64,000 nt of DNA from Nitrososphaeria archaeon (GCA_029775855.1 JARVJZ010000006.1:96001-160000); one strand, 5' to 3'. Numbered from the stretch's first letter, positions 1 to 10,821 are shown. Numbers and translations are program-made. The notes: a model not told the origin generated them from the letters alone.

Positions 1-756
1 CGCTCCGAACCGCTCAATGTATCCCTTAGCTAGAACATCCCACACTTCTCTGTATCCGCCTTTAAAGCTAGACCTACCTTGAAGCCAGATGAAGTGGGCT
101 TCGTCTCTGATCTGACTCCATTCTTCAGAGATAAAATGCCAACTAGCACGCTGTAAACTTAGCAGATGAATCGTAAAGACAGTTGGACAAAAGTATCTTC
201 TATCTTCTAACTCTTGCTTGACAGCTATACCAGCGGGAACGCTATGCCAGTCGTGTATATGTAATATGTGCGGTAGCTTATCCAGAGCGCTGTTTACGCA
301 GAGTTGAACTACGTAAGCTCTTAATCCTCTAGCAAACAGAGCCATCTTTTCATATGTGATATCATGATCATAAATTATTTGATTATCTAGCCAGCGGCTT
401 GTGGCTGGGTCAGCACCCTCGAATAGATAGTAATCTACGTTATCCAGACTACCGTGCTCCAAAGCTATTCTATATGGGTAGATGTTTCTGTCCTCGCCTA
501 CTCTGTAGCCTACAGCTAAATAATTAGGCACCTCACTAAGATTATACTTCGCCCGGATAGATGGTATTAGGTGGCTGCCGTGGCTTGGCATGAACACACT
601 TACCTGATGTTTTCGCGCCAATATTCGTGCTAGGTTGTAGACCGCTACACCTAGCCCTCCTACAGAAGCTAAGCCTTGACATTCGAAGCTCAGCATCCAG
701 ATGTTCTTATCTACTTCGAGATCGTCTGGCACCCACGCGCTAGCTGTTCTTCGCAT
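1..756 (-). CDS. glgA: Glycogen synthase (GT5, crenarchaeal type), truncated at window edge; absent from ORF track
   Basis: Manual translation from ATG at 756: MRRTASAW...WMLSFECQGLASVGGLGVAVYNLA...VSVFMPSHG...HIHDWH...VFTIHLL, open to base 1. Confidence 0.85.
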   Translation of the reverse strand, partial: MRRTASAWVPDDLEVDKNIWMLSFECQGLASVGGLGVAVYNLARILARKHQVSVFMPSHGSHLIPSIRAKYNLSEVPNYLAVGYRVGEDRNIYPYRIALEHGSLDNVDYYLFEGADPATSRWLDNQIIYDHDITYEKMALFARGLRAYVVQLCVNSALDKLPHILHIHDWHSVPAGIAVKQELEDRRYFCPTVFTIHLLSLQRASWHFISEEWSQIRDEAHFIWLQGRSSFKGGYREVWDVLAKGYIERFGA

Positions 757-815
757 AACCTTTTCTGCGTGCACACTAGTTTAGGGACTTTTTATTGTTT
801 ACCGAGCTTCCTTCA

Positions 816-1477
816 GATGCGTATCAAGGATTACCTCCTATATGTAGTTATACAATATGAGGTGGCTTACGATGAACACTTTTATGGATTTGAGGATTGA
901 GTTGATGGGGGCTATTCCCAAATCTCATGGTCCTCTTCTTCACTGTATCAAAGAACCTCTCTACACTATTCCTCACACCGAACCTTTCATACCTCCACTT
1001 CTCTAACTCATTCAAAGCCCAGCTGTACCAAAGCCCTCTATCCACTGTTATCAGAGGCTTACTTTCACAGCACTCTCGCATATCGTTTAGGAACATGTAT
1101 GCATCCAGCGCACTTCTCGTATAAGATATTCTTACAGCCAAACATCTTCCATATCCACATCTCCGGCTATCCATAAGAAGAATACATGACCTCAATCTTC
1201 AACAGCTACTTTGGCCCTATGCTTCTTCTCAGGCTTGGTATAGCTTTAGCTACCCTCCTGCACCATAACCTGACAGCCTCATTAGAAACTAGGAAAGGTG
1301 GCTGCAGACTTCCTATAAGATAAACGTGAGAAGGATAGGTAAGATGCTAGAACCTTGATGAATAGAGGAAACCTACCCACCTGAACACCTTAGAAGATCT
1401 GACCATCTTTATAAGCTCAAACCACACCCTCATAATAATGAGTAGGAAAGGCTGACTCATAATTCTTGATAAGCATC
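816..1477 (-). mobile_element. Degenerate IS6-family insertion sequence (662 bp)
   Basis: Terminal inverted repeats GATGCGTATCAAGGATTA (816-833) and revcomp GATGCTTATCAAGAATTA (1460-1477), 16/18 identical; flanked by direct repeat CTTCCTTCA (807-815, 1478-1486); internal DDE fragments. Confidence 0.85.
848..1460 (-). pseudogene. IS6-family DDE transposase, frameshifted and with internal stops
   Basis: Fragments in different frames: MSQPFLLIIMRV..., VSNEAVRLW..., ITVDRGLWYSWAL...FGVRNSVERFFDTVKKRT. Confidence 0.8.
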
Positions 1478-1581
1478 CTTCCTTCATAGCAAGGTTTAAA
1501 TAAGGTACTTGGGGAGAGGTATGTGGTCGTTTTGAGAGGGAAGTTTTAGTGACCGCATAGGCTCGAGTGTGATTGTAAAAT

Positions 1582-1848
1582 ATGCAAGAAGAAGATGTAG
1601 AAAAAGAAAAAATTGTTGGGTTTAGAGTATCCGACCACATCTACGTTCCCAAACACGAAATACTATCCGAAGAAGAAGCAAAAGAACTACTACAAAAAGT
1701 ACATGCAAAACCAGAGCAACTCCCCTACATACACATTTCAGACCCCGTAGTTAGAGAAATAGGCGCCAAACCTGGTCAGATACTTAAGATAACACGCAAA
1801 AGTGAGACTGCTGGCGAATCAGTCTACTATAGATACGTGGTGGAGTGA
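1582..1848 (+). CDS. rpoH: RNA polymerase subunit Rpo5 (H)
   Basis: HIYVPKHEIL, QLPYI..SDPV, KITRKSETAGESVYYRYV. Confidence 0.97.
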   Translation: MQEEDVEKEKIVGFRVSDHIYVPKHEILSEEEAKELLQKVHAKPEQLPYIHISDPVVREIGAKPGQILKITRKSETAGESVYYRYVVE

Positions 1849-4800
1849 ATGAGTCAAGAATTATTGGACAGCTGGGTTGTTCTTCAAGACATACTTGAGA
1901 GAGAGGGTGTTGCTAGACAGCATCTTAACTCCTATAACGAATTTATCGAAAAGCAGCTACAGAGCATAGTAGATGAAGTTGGAGCAATAGATGTTGAGAC
2001 ACCAACTGCAGCCTATAAAGTAAGATTAGGCAGAGTTAGACTTGGTCAGCCTAGAGTAGTGGAAAGGGATGGCTCAATTAGCAACATACAGCCTCTTGAA
2101 GCACGCCTAAGAAACCTAACCTACGCTTCACCAATCTACCTAGAGATGATGATTGAAGAAAACGGAATCATAAAAGATTCACAATTCCACCACATAGGTG
2201 ACCTACCAGTGATGGTCAAATCAAACCTATGTGTACTGAGCAGAATTCCTGAGGAGCAACTTATAGAGCTTGGTGAAGACCCCAAAGACCCTGGAGGATA
2301 CTTTATAATAAACGGCAGCGAAAGAGTGATTATAGGGCTAGAAGATCTTTCACCTAACAGGATTCTTGTAGATGTAGAGAAGCAGAGCGGCTCTACGCTC
2401 TACGTTGCTCGAGTCTATTCATCTATAATAGGGTATAGATCCAAGCTTGAGGTAATTCTGAAGCAAGATGGGTCAATTGTAGTTAAGCTGCCGACTTCGC
2501 CGGTAGAGCTACCGCTAGTAATTGTTATGCGTGCTTTAGGAATTGAAGTAGATAAGGATATAGCTGAGATTATATCTTTAAAGCCGGAAATACAAGACTT
2601 CTTAGAGGTTTCATTTGAAAAAGCATCAGATGCTCTAACTCAGCATGAGGCTTTAATCTACATAGGGAACCGTGTAGCCCACGGTATGATTGACGAGTTA
2701 AGGATGAAAAGAGCTGAGACACTCCTAGACTGGGGCCTCCTCCCACACATCGGCAAGACAGCAAACGAGCGCTACAGCAAAGCAGTATTTCTTGGCGAAG
2801 TGGTATGTAAGCTGCTTGAGTTGAGGTTGGGGTGGATTCAACCAGATGACAAAGATCACTATGGAAACAAGGTTATAAAGTTCGCTGGGCAGCTGCTCGC
2901 AGACCTCTTTAGAACCGCCTTCCGCAATCTTATACGTGACGTAAAGTATCAACTTGGGAGAATGGGGCAGAGAAGGGGAACTAACGTGATCGGCGCAGCG
3001 ATAAGACCCGGTATAATAACTGATAAGTTAAGGAACGCCATAGCGACTGGGAACTGGGGCAAAGGTAAGGTTGGGATAACACAACTTCTAGACCGAACCA
3101 ACTACCTTTCAACAATAAGCCACCTTAGGAGGATACAGTCTCCTTTAAGTAGAGGGCAACCTAACTTCGAGGCAAGAGACCTCCACTCCACACACTTTGG
3201 TAGAATCTGCCCTAACGAGACACCTGAAGGATCTAACTGTGGATTAGTCAAGAACTTGGCGCTTTCAGCCTTAATATCTATTGATGTTCCTCAAGAGGAT
3301 ATTATAAACAAGCTATTCGAGCTAGGTGTTCAAAATATAAAGGATGCATCTGCAGACCTTAAGAGGGATGGATGCAAGGTTTTCGTTGAGGGAAAGTTTA
3401 TAGGTTTTGTTGAAGATGGAAACACTCTTGTTAAAAACTTTAGGGAACTTAGGCGTGAGGGGCAGATACACCCACACGTTAGCATATACTACTATGTTCC
3501 TAAACATCCTAAAGCATCTAGACGCATATATGTCAACACCAGTTCTGGTAGAGTTTTGAGACCGCTTATCGTTGTGAAGAACGGAAAACCTTTACTCACA
3601 AGCGAGCATATAAGTAAGATATTAACAAAAGAGCTCAGTTGGCGCGATCTTCTACACAGCGGTGTTATAGAGCTTATCGATGCAAATGAAGAAGAAAACA
3701 CCTACATAGCCATCAAACCCGATGAACTCACAGACAAGCATACCCATCTTGAACTCCATCCAGCAGCCATCCTAGGTGTCACAGCTTCGATTATACCTTA
3801 TCCTGAGCACAATCAATCACCACGCAACACATATGAGGCAGCGATGGCGAAACAGTCTCTAGGCTTCCTCTCACCGATTCTTCCGTTTAATACATATGTT
3901 AGACAACACTTTATGGTTTACCCCCAACGCCAGTTAGTCAAGACCAAAGCCGCAGATCTACTCAACCTTAACGAAAGACCTACTGGTCAGAATTTCGTTG
4001 TAGCAGTCCTCTCTTACGAAGGATACAATATAGAGGATGCGGTAATCATGAACAAATCTTCGATTGACAGAGGGTTAGCTAGATCGTTCTTCTATAGACT
4101 ATACGAAGCAGAGGCAAAACAATACCTTGGGGGCATGAAAGACAACTTTGAAATACCTACACCAGACGCTAATGTTAGAGGATATCGTGGAGAAAAGTAT
4201 TACCGCCTACTTGAATCTGATGGCGTCGTAGCACATGAATCTATAGTGTCTGGAGGAGATGTAATAATCGGCAAAACAAGCCCACCTAGGTTCATGGAAG
4301 AATATAAAGAATTTGAAATTAAAGGGCCGTATAGGCGTGACACATCTATAAGCATCAGACCTTCTGAGTCTGGTGTTGCTGACGCTGTCTTCGTGACTGA
4401 AAATGTTGACGGCGAGAAGATGTACAAAGTTAGAGTTAGAGATCTAAGGATACCTGAGATAGGCGATAAGTTTGCTTCAAGGCATGGTCAGAAGGGTGTA
4501 GTTGGGATGGTCTTCAGACAAGTTGATATGCCTTATACTGAGGAGGGCATAGTTCCTGACATAATAATCAACCCACACGCTTTCCCTTCGAGAATGACTG
4601 TTGGACAGTTCATAGAATCTATAGCTGGTAAGGCTGCTGCACTCCGTGGAAGAGAAGTCGACGGCACCGCATTTGTAGGAGAGAAGGTTAAAGACTTGGA
4701 GCAGATCCTAATTTCATATGGCTTCAAGCCTTCTGGGAAGGAGGTTATGTATGACGGAAGAACTGGTAAGAAGTTTGTAGCTGATATATTCATAGGTGTA

Positions 4801-5199
4801 GTCTACTACCAAAAGCTACATCACATGGTTGCTGATAAAATACATGCAAGAGCAAGAGGGCAAGTTCAGATGTTGACCAAGCAGCCTACTGAAGGTAGGG
4901 CAAGGGGAGGAGGACTTAGATTTGGAGAGATGGAGAGAGATTGCCTAATAGCTTACGGCACTTCAATGGTTCTAAAAGATAGACTTCTAGACGAAGCTGA
5001 TAAGACAGAAATCTATGTATGCGAGGAGTGCGGGCTGATAGCATATTACGATGCAAGGACTAGAAAGTATGTATGTAGGCTCTGTGGCGAAAAGGCAAAC
5101 ATTTCGAAGGTAGTTATGGCTTACGCCTTCAAACTTTTACTCCAAGAAATGATGAGCCTAAACATAGCTCCTAGACTTAAATTAAAAGAGAAGGTGTGA
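1849..5199 (+). CDS. rpoB: RNA polymerase subunit Rpo2 (B), unsplit
   Basis: GDKFASRHGQKG, GGLRFGEMERD, C-terminal Zn finger; 1116 aa. Confidence 0.99.
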   Translation: MSQELLDSWVVLQDILEREGVARQHLNSYNEFIEKQLQSIVDEVGAIDVETPTAAYKVRLGRVRLGQPRVVERDGSISNIQPLEARLRNLTYASPIYLEMMIEENGIIKDSQFHHIGDLPVMVKSNLCVLSRIPEEQLIELGEDPKDPGGYFIINGSERVIIGLEDLSPNRILVDVEKQSGSTLYVARVYSSIIGYRSKLEVILKQDGSIVVKLPTSPVELPLVIVMRALGIEVDKDIAEIISLKPEIQDFLEVSFEKASDALTQHEALIYIGNRVAHGMIDELRMKRAETLLDWGLLPHIGKTANERYSKAVFLGEVVCKLLELRLGWIQPDDKDHYGNKVIKFAGQLLADLFRTAFRNLIRDVKYQLGRMGQRRGTNVIGAAIRPGIITDKLRNAIATGNWGKGKVGITQLLDRTNYLSTISHLRRIQSPLSRGQPNFEARDLHSTHFGRICPNETPEGSNCGLVKNLALSALISIDVPQEDIINKLFELGVQNIKDASADLKRDGCKVFVEGKFIGFVEDGNTLVKNFRELRREGQIHPHVSIYYYVPKHPKASRRIYVNTSSGRVLRPLIVVKNGKPLLTSEHISKILTKELSWRDLLHSGVIELIDANEEENTYIAIKPDELTDKHTHLELHPAAILGVTASIIPYPEHNQSPRNTYEAAMAKQSLGFLSPILPFNTYVRQHFMVYPQRQLVKTKAADLLNLNERPTGQNFVVAVLSYEGYNIEDAVIMNKSSIDRGLARSFFYRLYEAEAKQYLGGMKDNFEIPTPDANVRGYRGEKYYRLLESDGVVAHESIVSGGDVIIGKTSPPRFMEEYKEFEIKGPYRRDTSISIRPSESGVADAVFVTENVDGEKMYKVRVRDLRIPEIGDKFASRHGQKGVVGMVFRQVDMPYTEEGIVPDIIINPHAFPSRMTVGQFIESIAGKAAALRGREVDGTAFVGEKVKDLEQILISYGFKPSGKEVMYDGRTGKKFVADIFIGVVYYQKLHHMVADKIHARARGQVQMLTKQPTEGRARGGGLRFGEMERDCLIAYGTSMVLKDRLLDEADKTEIYVCEECGLIAYYDARTRKYVCRLCGEKANISKVVMAYAFKLLLQEMMSLNIAPRLKLKEKV

Positions 5200-5203
5200 G
5201 AAA

Positions 5204-8200
5204 ATGGTAGAAGAAGGTGTTAAAGCGGTCTCTGCTATAAAATTCTCAGTTTTTTCACCAAATGAGATTAGAAAATATTCTGTGACAGAAATCTCAGCCC
5301 CTGAAACATATGATGAAGATGGCATGCCAGTCACAGGCGGACTTATGGACAGTAGACTTGGAACTCTAGAGCCGGGGCAAAAATGTGCAACTTGTGGTAA
5401 CACCGCTGCTAGATGCCCGGGGCATTTTGGGCATATTGAGTTAGCTGAACCAGTCCTACACATATCCTTCGTAGATGATATTAGAAAGATACTAGTTTCA
5501 ACCTGTAGGTCGTGTGGAAGGCTTCTGCTTCCTCAAGAAGCTATTGATGAATATAGGGCTAAGTTGTCAGAGAATAAACCGTACGCGCCTTCTCTTGCTG
5601 AAGAGATAACTAAGGAGATTCTGGCTAAAACTAAAAAAGTCAAGGTATGCCCGCATTGCGGAAAACCTCAGTATGAAATTGAGTTTACTAAACCTACTAC
5701 CTTCCATGAAATTACAGAATGGGGTGGTGCTACGCGCCTACTCTCAGTAGCCATACGCGAAAGGCTTGAGAGAGTGCCAGATGACGATCTTAGGCTCTTA
5801 GGGTATGACCCTTCATCAACTAGACCTGAGTGGTTTGTTCTGCAGGTTCTTCCAGTGCCTCCCGTCAACGTAAGGCCTTCTATTACTTTAGAGTCAGGTA
5901 TAAGATCTGAAGATGATTTAACACATAAAATCGTTGATATACTGAGGGTTAATCAGAGGGTTAAAGAGAGCAAGGAGTCTGGCACTCCACCTTTGATAGT
6001 GCAAGACTTGGTTGATTTGCTTCAGTATCAAGTTACAACCTATTTTGACAATGAGGTCTCGGGAATACCTCAAGCGCACCACCGTTCAGGTAGACCCCTA
6101 AAGACGCTAAGCCAAAGGTTAAAGGGTAAAGAGGGGCGATTTAGAGGAAGCCTATCTGGGAAAAGAGTTGACTTCTCAAGTCGAACAGTGATCTCTCCAG
6201 ATGCTAATTTAGATATATGCGAAGTCGGTGTCCCCTATGAGGTTGCGAAGAAGCTAACTATACCTGAGCGTGTAGCTCCTTGGAACATAGAGTTTTTGAG
6301 GAAACTTGTTCTTAATGGTCCGGATAAGCATCCTGGGGCTAATTATATAATTAGGCCCGATGGTGTAAAGATTCGTCTAGACTATGCTTCAGACCGTTCT
6401 GCTATAGCTGAGAGTTTAGGTTTAGGCTATGTGGTTGAGAGACATCTGATGGATGGGGATATTGTGCTATTTAACAGACAACCTTCGCTGCACAGAATGT
6501 CTATAATGGCGCATTATGTTAAAGTTTTACCCTACCGCACATTTAGGCTTCACCCAGCGGTATGCCCACCCTATAATGCAGACTTCGACGGCGATGAAAT
6601 GAATCTGCATGTGCCTCAAAGCGAAGAGGCTAGAGCAGAGGCACTCATGCTTATGAGGGTTCAAGATCAAATAATATCGCCTAGATACGGTGGACCTATC
6701 ATAGGTGCCATACGCGACTATCTTACTGCTGCATATCTTTTGACTCATGATTCGACTAGATTGACTAAAGAAGAGTTTACGAATCTGGCTTTGGCTGGAG
6801 GGTATGTTGGTGAGCTACCTGAGCCGGTTGAAAAGACACCTGAACCGCTTTACAGCGGTAAGCAGCTCTTCTCACTGTTTTTACCTAAGGACTTTAACTA
6901 TGTTATGGCTTCTAAATGGGCTAAAGGTAATGTTAAGGATGTTGTAGTTAAGAACGGCGAGCTGATCAGTGGTGTCATAGATAGGGCTTCTATAGGTGCT
7001 GAAGAACCTAATAGCTTACTACATCGAATAACAAAGGATTACGGCACAGAAGAAGCGAGAAGGTTCTTAAACGCTATTCTCTCAGTTTTGAGGGCATACA
7101 TAACGAGAAGAGGGTTCACCTATGGATACGACGACCTCAATCTATCAAGCGATGTTCTGCAGAAGATAGAAGAAGCAATAAAGGAGGCATATAATGAAGT
7201 GGCTAAGCTCTTTACCCTCTACGAAAAGAAGCAACTTCCTTTGGCTCGCGGCTTATCGCCTGAAGACGCTCTTGAACTCTACATAGTAAATGAACTTCAG
7301 AGGGCAAGAGATAGAGCTGGAAGAATAGCTGACAAAGCCTTCCCACCACACAACCCAGGTGTAATTATGGCTAGAACTGGAGCAAGAGGCTCTCTGCTCA
7401 ACATAGGGCAGATGTCCGCATCTTTAGGGCAGCAGTCTGTGCGTGGGCGTAGGATAGAGAAAGGCTATCAAGATAGGGCTCTTCCGCATTTTATGCCTGG
7501 TGAACGGTCTCCTGACGCGAAAGGATTTGTTAAGTCTAATTATAGGGATGGGTTATCACCTGTTGAATTTTTCTTCCACGCGATGGGTGGGCGTGAAGGG
7601 CTTGTAGATACCGCGGTTAGAACTCAGCAGAGCGGGTATATGCAGCGTAGACTTGTTAACGCTATGGAGCATCTTAGAGTTGAATATGATCTGAGTGTAA
7701 GAGACCCCTATGGGCACATTATTCAATTTGTATACGGTGAGGATGGCATAGACCCTGCGAAGAGCGACCACGGTATGGCGGTCAACATACCTAGACTTGT
7801 GGATACAGAAGCACTCATATCAAAACCTTCTAAGCCGGCTTCAGAAGAAGAAGTCAACAAGATCATTAAGAAATATGTTAAAGTATTTAACCCCCGTTTA
7901 ATTCAAGAATTGCAAGCAGCGCTCAAAGAAAACCCACTTAACAAAGAATCTATTGAAAACGTCTGTAAACGCATAGTTGAACTGATTAAAAAGGCTACGG
8001 TTGAACCTGGAGAAGCGGTTGGTGTAGTTGCAGCACAATCGGTAGGTGAACCCGGCACTCAGATGACTCTGAGAACCTTCCACTTTGCTGGTGTTAGAGA
8101 AAAGGATGTCACCTTGGGCTTACCTCGTCTAATAGAGTTGGTTGATGCGAGGAAACAACCTAGCAAAGCATCCATGACAGTTTACATAGATCCCAAATAC

Positions 8201-9067
8201 GCTGCGGCTGCGCTTAAGAGGGCTGAAGAGGAGAATAAGAGCAGATGGGCTGAGTTGAAGCCTGAGGAGCTGGAGCAAGAGAAGAATAAGATATTAAACC
8301 AGGTCGCACTTAAGGTTGCTAAGCAGATTCTATTCACTAAAGTTAACGATCTAGTAGCCAACGCTGAAGTTGACTACACAAATGAGGCAATTGTAATAAA
8401 AGTTGATAGAGATAAACTTGCTGAAAGGGACTGCACACTGGAGGAACTAAAGAAGGTAGTAGAAACTGGTAAACGCAAAGTCGAAATCGACGAGGAAAAC
8501 GCTGTTTTGAGGGTTTACTTAGAGGGGCTAGACATAATCGGCTTAAACATCCAACTAGATAAAATACTGAATATGAAAGTTAAAGGCATACCAAACATCA
8601 GCAGAGTGACTGTTGAAAAAGAAGGACAGGAATGGGTCATAAGAACTTCAGGCTCAAACTTCTCAAGAACACTTAAAGTTGAAGGAGTAGACGCTACCAG
8701 AACCATAACCAACAACATCTTCGAAATAGCTCAAGTGCTAGGCATAGAAGCTGCCAGAACAGCGCTAGTAAAGGAGATCATGAGCACACTCGACGAGCAA
8801 GGACTTGAAGTAGACATTAGACACATCTATTTAATAGCTGATCTAATGACGGCAAAGGGCTCTGTACAACAGATAGGTAGGCACGGCATAGCAGGCACAA
8901 AGACCAGCGTGCTTGCAAGAGCTGCCTTTGAGATAACAGTACCAACGATAGCTGAAGCATCAGTTAAAGGTGAAGTGGAGGAACTTAGAGGTGTAACAGA
9001 GAATGTAATTGTAGGTCTGACGATACCAGTAGGCACAGGTATGGTAGACCTCTTTATGCAGAGTTGA
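5204..9067 (+). CDS. rpoA: RNA polymerase subunit Rpo1, A' and A'' fused
   Basis: NADFDGD catalytic motif plus GEPGTQMTLRTFH and RAAFE motifs of A'' in one 1287-aa ORF. Confidence 0.99.
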   Translation: MVEEGVKAVSAIKFSVFSPNEIRKYSVTEISAPETYDEDGMPVTGGLMDSRLGTLEPGQKCATCGNTAARCPGHFGHIELAEPVLHISFVDDIRKILVSTCRSCGRLLLPQEAIDEYRAKLSENKPYAPSLAEEITKEILAKTKKVKVCPHCGKPQYEIEFTKPTTFHEITEWGGATRLLSVAIRERLERVPDDDLRLLGYDPSSTRPEWFVLQVLPVPPVNVRPSITLESGIRSEDDLTHKIVDILRVNQRVKESKESGTPPLIVQDLVDLLQYQVTTYFDNEVSGIPQAHHRSGRPLKTLSQRLKGKEGRFRGSLSGKRVDFSSRTVISPDANLDICEVGVPYEVAKKLTIPERVAPWNIEFLRKLVLNGPDKHPGANYIIRPDGVKIRLDYASDRSAIAESLGLGYVVERHLMDGDIVLFNRQPSLHRMSIMAHYVKVLPYRTFRLHPAVCPPYNADFDGDEMNLHVPQSEEARAEALMLMRVQDQIISPRYGGPIIGAIRDYLTAAYLLTHDSTRLTKEEFTNLALAGGYVGELPEPVEKTPEPLYSGKQLFSLFLPKDFNYVMASKWAKGNVKDVVVKNGELISGVIDRASIGAEEPNSLLHRITKDYGTEEARRFLNAILSVLRAYITRRGFTYGYDDLNLSSDVLQKIEEAIKEAYNEVAKLFTLYEKKQLPLARGLSPEDALELYIVNELQRARDRAGRIADKAFPPHNPGVIMARTGARGSLLNIGQMSASLGQQSVRGRRIEKGYQDRALPHFMPGERSPDAKGFVKSNYRDGLSPVEFFFHAMGGREGLVDTAVRTQQSGYMQRRLVNAMEHLRVEYDLSVRDPYGHIIQFVYGEDGIDPAKSDHGMAVNIPRLVDTEALISKPSKPASEEEVNKIIKKYVKVFNPRLIQELQAALKENPLNKESIENVCKRIVELIKKATVEPGEAVGVVAAQSVGEPGTQMTLRTFHFAGVREKDVTLGLPRLIELVDARKQPSKASMTVYIDPKYAAAALKRAEEENKSRWAELKPEELEQEKNKILNQVALKVAKQILFTKVNDLVANAEVDYTNEAIVIKVDRDKLAERDCTLEELKKVVETGKRKVEIDEENAVLRVYLEGLDIIGLNIQLDKILNMKVKGIPNISRVTVEKEGQEWVIRTSGSNFSRTLKVEGVDATRTITNNIFEIAQVLGIEAARTALVKEIMSTLDEQGLEVDIRHIYLIADLMTAKGSVQQIGRHGIAGTKTSVLARAAFEITVPTIAEASVKGEVEELRGVTENVIVGLTIPVGTGMVDLFMQS

Positions 9068-9074
9068 GTTAAGT

Positions 9075-9395
9075 ATGAGCGAAAGAGAGCTGGGGTTAAT
9101 ACTCTCAAAAGCTGTCAAGACGGGCAAATGTGTCCTTGGGCTTAAAGAGGTTCAGAAGTCAGTACGAGGTTCTAAGATAGTGATCTATTCAACCCTTGCT
9201 CCCAAAGATAAACTCAAAACCCTAATCGAAGCATGTCGAGCTGCAAATGTACCAACACTACCATATAACAAAAAGCCTTTTGAGTTAGGTTTACTATGTG
9301 GTAAGAGGTTTAGAGTTTCAGCTTTGGCTATAAAGTCGGCTGGAGATGCTGATCTTACACCATTACTTGCCGCACAAGAAAGGGAGAAGATGTAG
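9075..9395 (+). CDS. rpl30e: 50S ribosomal protein L30e
   Basis: AVKTGK..LG, ELGLLCGK.FRVSALAI...GD; canonical position after rpoA. Confidence 0.93.
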   Translation: MSERELGLILSKAVKTGKCVLGLKEVQKSVRGSKIVIYSTLAPKDKLKTLIEACRAANVPTLPYNKKPFELGLLCGKRFRVSALAIKSAGDADLTPLLAAQEREKM

Positions 9396-9451
9396 CTATG
9401 CTTAAATTTATCTTCTGTATGAGTGTATTTGTTGGTTAAGGTAGTGAAGGA

Positions 9452-9904
9452 GTGGGCATGGCTGCACAGAGAATCAAGTTAACATCTGAAGAACTAGGAT
9501 TAATGTCTCTTTTTCAAAATGTGACTGGCGCTGGAGTTAGAGACTGTGTCATAGACAACAAGAATGGGCGAGTCATCTATGTGGTTAACCCAGGGGAGAT
9601 GGGAAAGGCTATAGGCAAAAATGGTATAGTTGTTAAGACGCTTCAGAAGCTGGTAGGTAAACCTGTTGAACTCGTTGAATACTCTGAAGATCCTAAGACC
9701 TTTATCAAGAACGCTCTTGACCCAAAGCATGTTATTGATGTGCGTCTTACAGAGAAGCTGGATGGGTCGAAGATAGCGGTAGTTGTAGTGGCTGCTAAAA
9801 AGAAGAGCGCAGTCGTTGGTAGAAATGGTAAGAACGCTGAGAAGGCTAGACTTTTAGCTAAACGCTACTTTCAAATCTCAAATGTTCATATAGTTTCACA
9901 GTAA
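9452..9904 (+). CDS. nusA: NusA-like KH-domain transcription factor
   Basis: GKAIGKNG and VGRNGKN KH motifs; canonical synteny. Confidence 0.95.
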   Translation: MGMAAQRIKLTSEELGLMSLFQNVTGAGVRDCVIDNKNGRVIYVVNPGEMGKAIGKNGIVVKTLQKLVGKPVELVEYSEDPKTFIKNALDPKHVIDVRLTEKLDGSKIAVVVVAAKKKSAVVGRNGKNAEKARLLAKRYFQISNVHIVSQ

Positions 9905-9917
9905 GGAGGCTATATAC

Positions 9918-10706
9918 TCATAAACCTTCGTCTAAGAAGGCTAAGACTACTTTAGCGAAATACTCCGGCATCTGATCCACCAGAGCAACTGTGCCACCTA
10001 CAATTGGCAACATTTCACTGTTCTTTATGGCGTTTGCCACACGCTGCATATGTGGATAAGAGAAGGGGTCTTCAGTGCCGCAGATTACTAATGTGGGGCA
10101 TTTTACAAGAGGCGCTTTATCCTCCATCCTATAGTTTGAGACAGCGATGTGCCCTTCAAATGCTTTTTCTCCAGCTTTGATGGCGTCGACTATAAAGCGC
10201 ATAAGTAGATCTGGTCTATTTGGAGGGTAGAATGGTTGCCTACCTCGCCATAACTCAATTAAATGTGAACCATCCTCTTTTATTTCATAGTAGTCTATGA
10301 CTTTTTTGCCTTTCCTTCTACGCCTCTCTTCTTCATCTATGTATGGTATGGCTGATAATACAAGCTTCTCTACACGCTCAGGGTAGCTTGCAGCAACCTC
10401 GAGGGCTATTACTCCTCCTGTGTGATGCCCAACTAAACTCGCCTTTTCGATACCAATATGATTTAAGAAGGTGATAACACCTTGGGCATAATCTTCTATG
10501 CTGCAGCTCTTTTTTGGCTTATATGAATCTCCGAATCCTATTGTGTCCATAGCTATAGCGTGATACCTTTGTCCAATTATAGGTAGAACATCTAGGTATT
10601 CGTCTGAAGACCTTGGTGTCTGATGGAGCAGTAAAACGGGTTTACCTACCCCATCTTCTCGATAATGTATCTGCCCTTCTGCGGTATCTACAAACCCCCT
10701 CCGCAT
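9918..10706 (-). CDS. Alpha/beta-hydrolase fold protein with non-canonical GHHTG nucleophile elbow
   Basis: LLLHQ, MDTIGFGDS, LVGHHTGG, PTLVICGTED. Confidence 0.85.
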   Translation of the reverse strand: MRRGFVDTAEGQIHYREDGVGKPVLLLHQTPRSSDEYLDVLPIIGQRYHAIAMDTIGFGDSYKPKKSCSIEDYAQGVITFLNHIGIEKASLVGHHTGGVIALEVAASYPERVEKLVLSAIPYIDEEERRRRKGKKVIDYYEIKEDGSHLIELWRGRQPFYPPNRPDLLMRFIVDAIKAGEKAFEGHIAVSNYRMEDKAPLVKCPTLVICGTEDPFSYPHMQRVANAIKNSEMLPIVGGTVALVDQMPEYFAKVVLAFLDEGL

Positions 10707-10821
10707 AGTTAGACTAAGCCATCAAAGAATAGATAAACTTACGCATCTCTGTTAATGCTTAACTAAAGGTATATATGAGGGGGTTATCGTCAGCTAGTGT
10801 GGTTTAGGGCGAAAGGTAACC

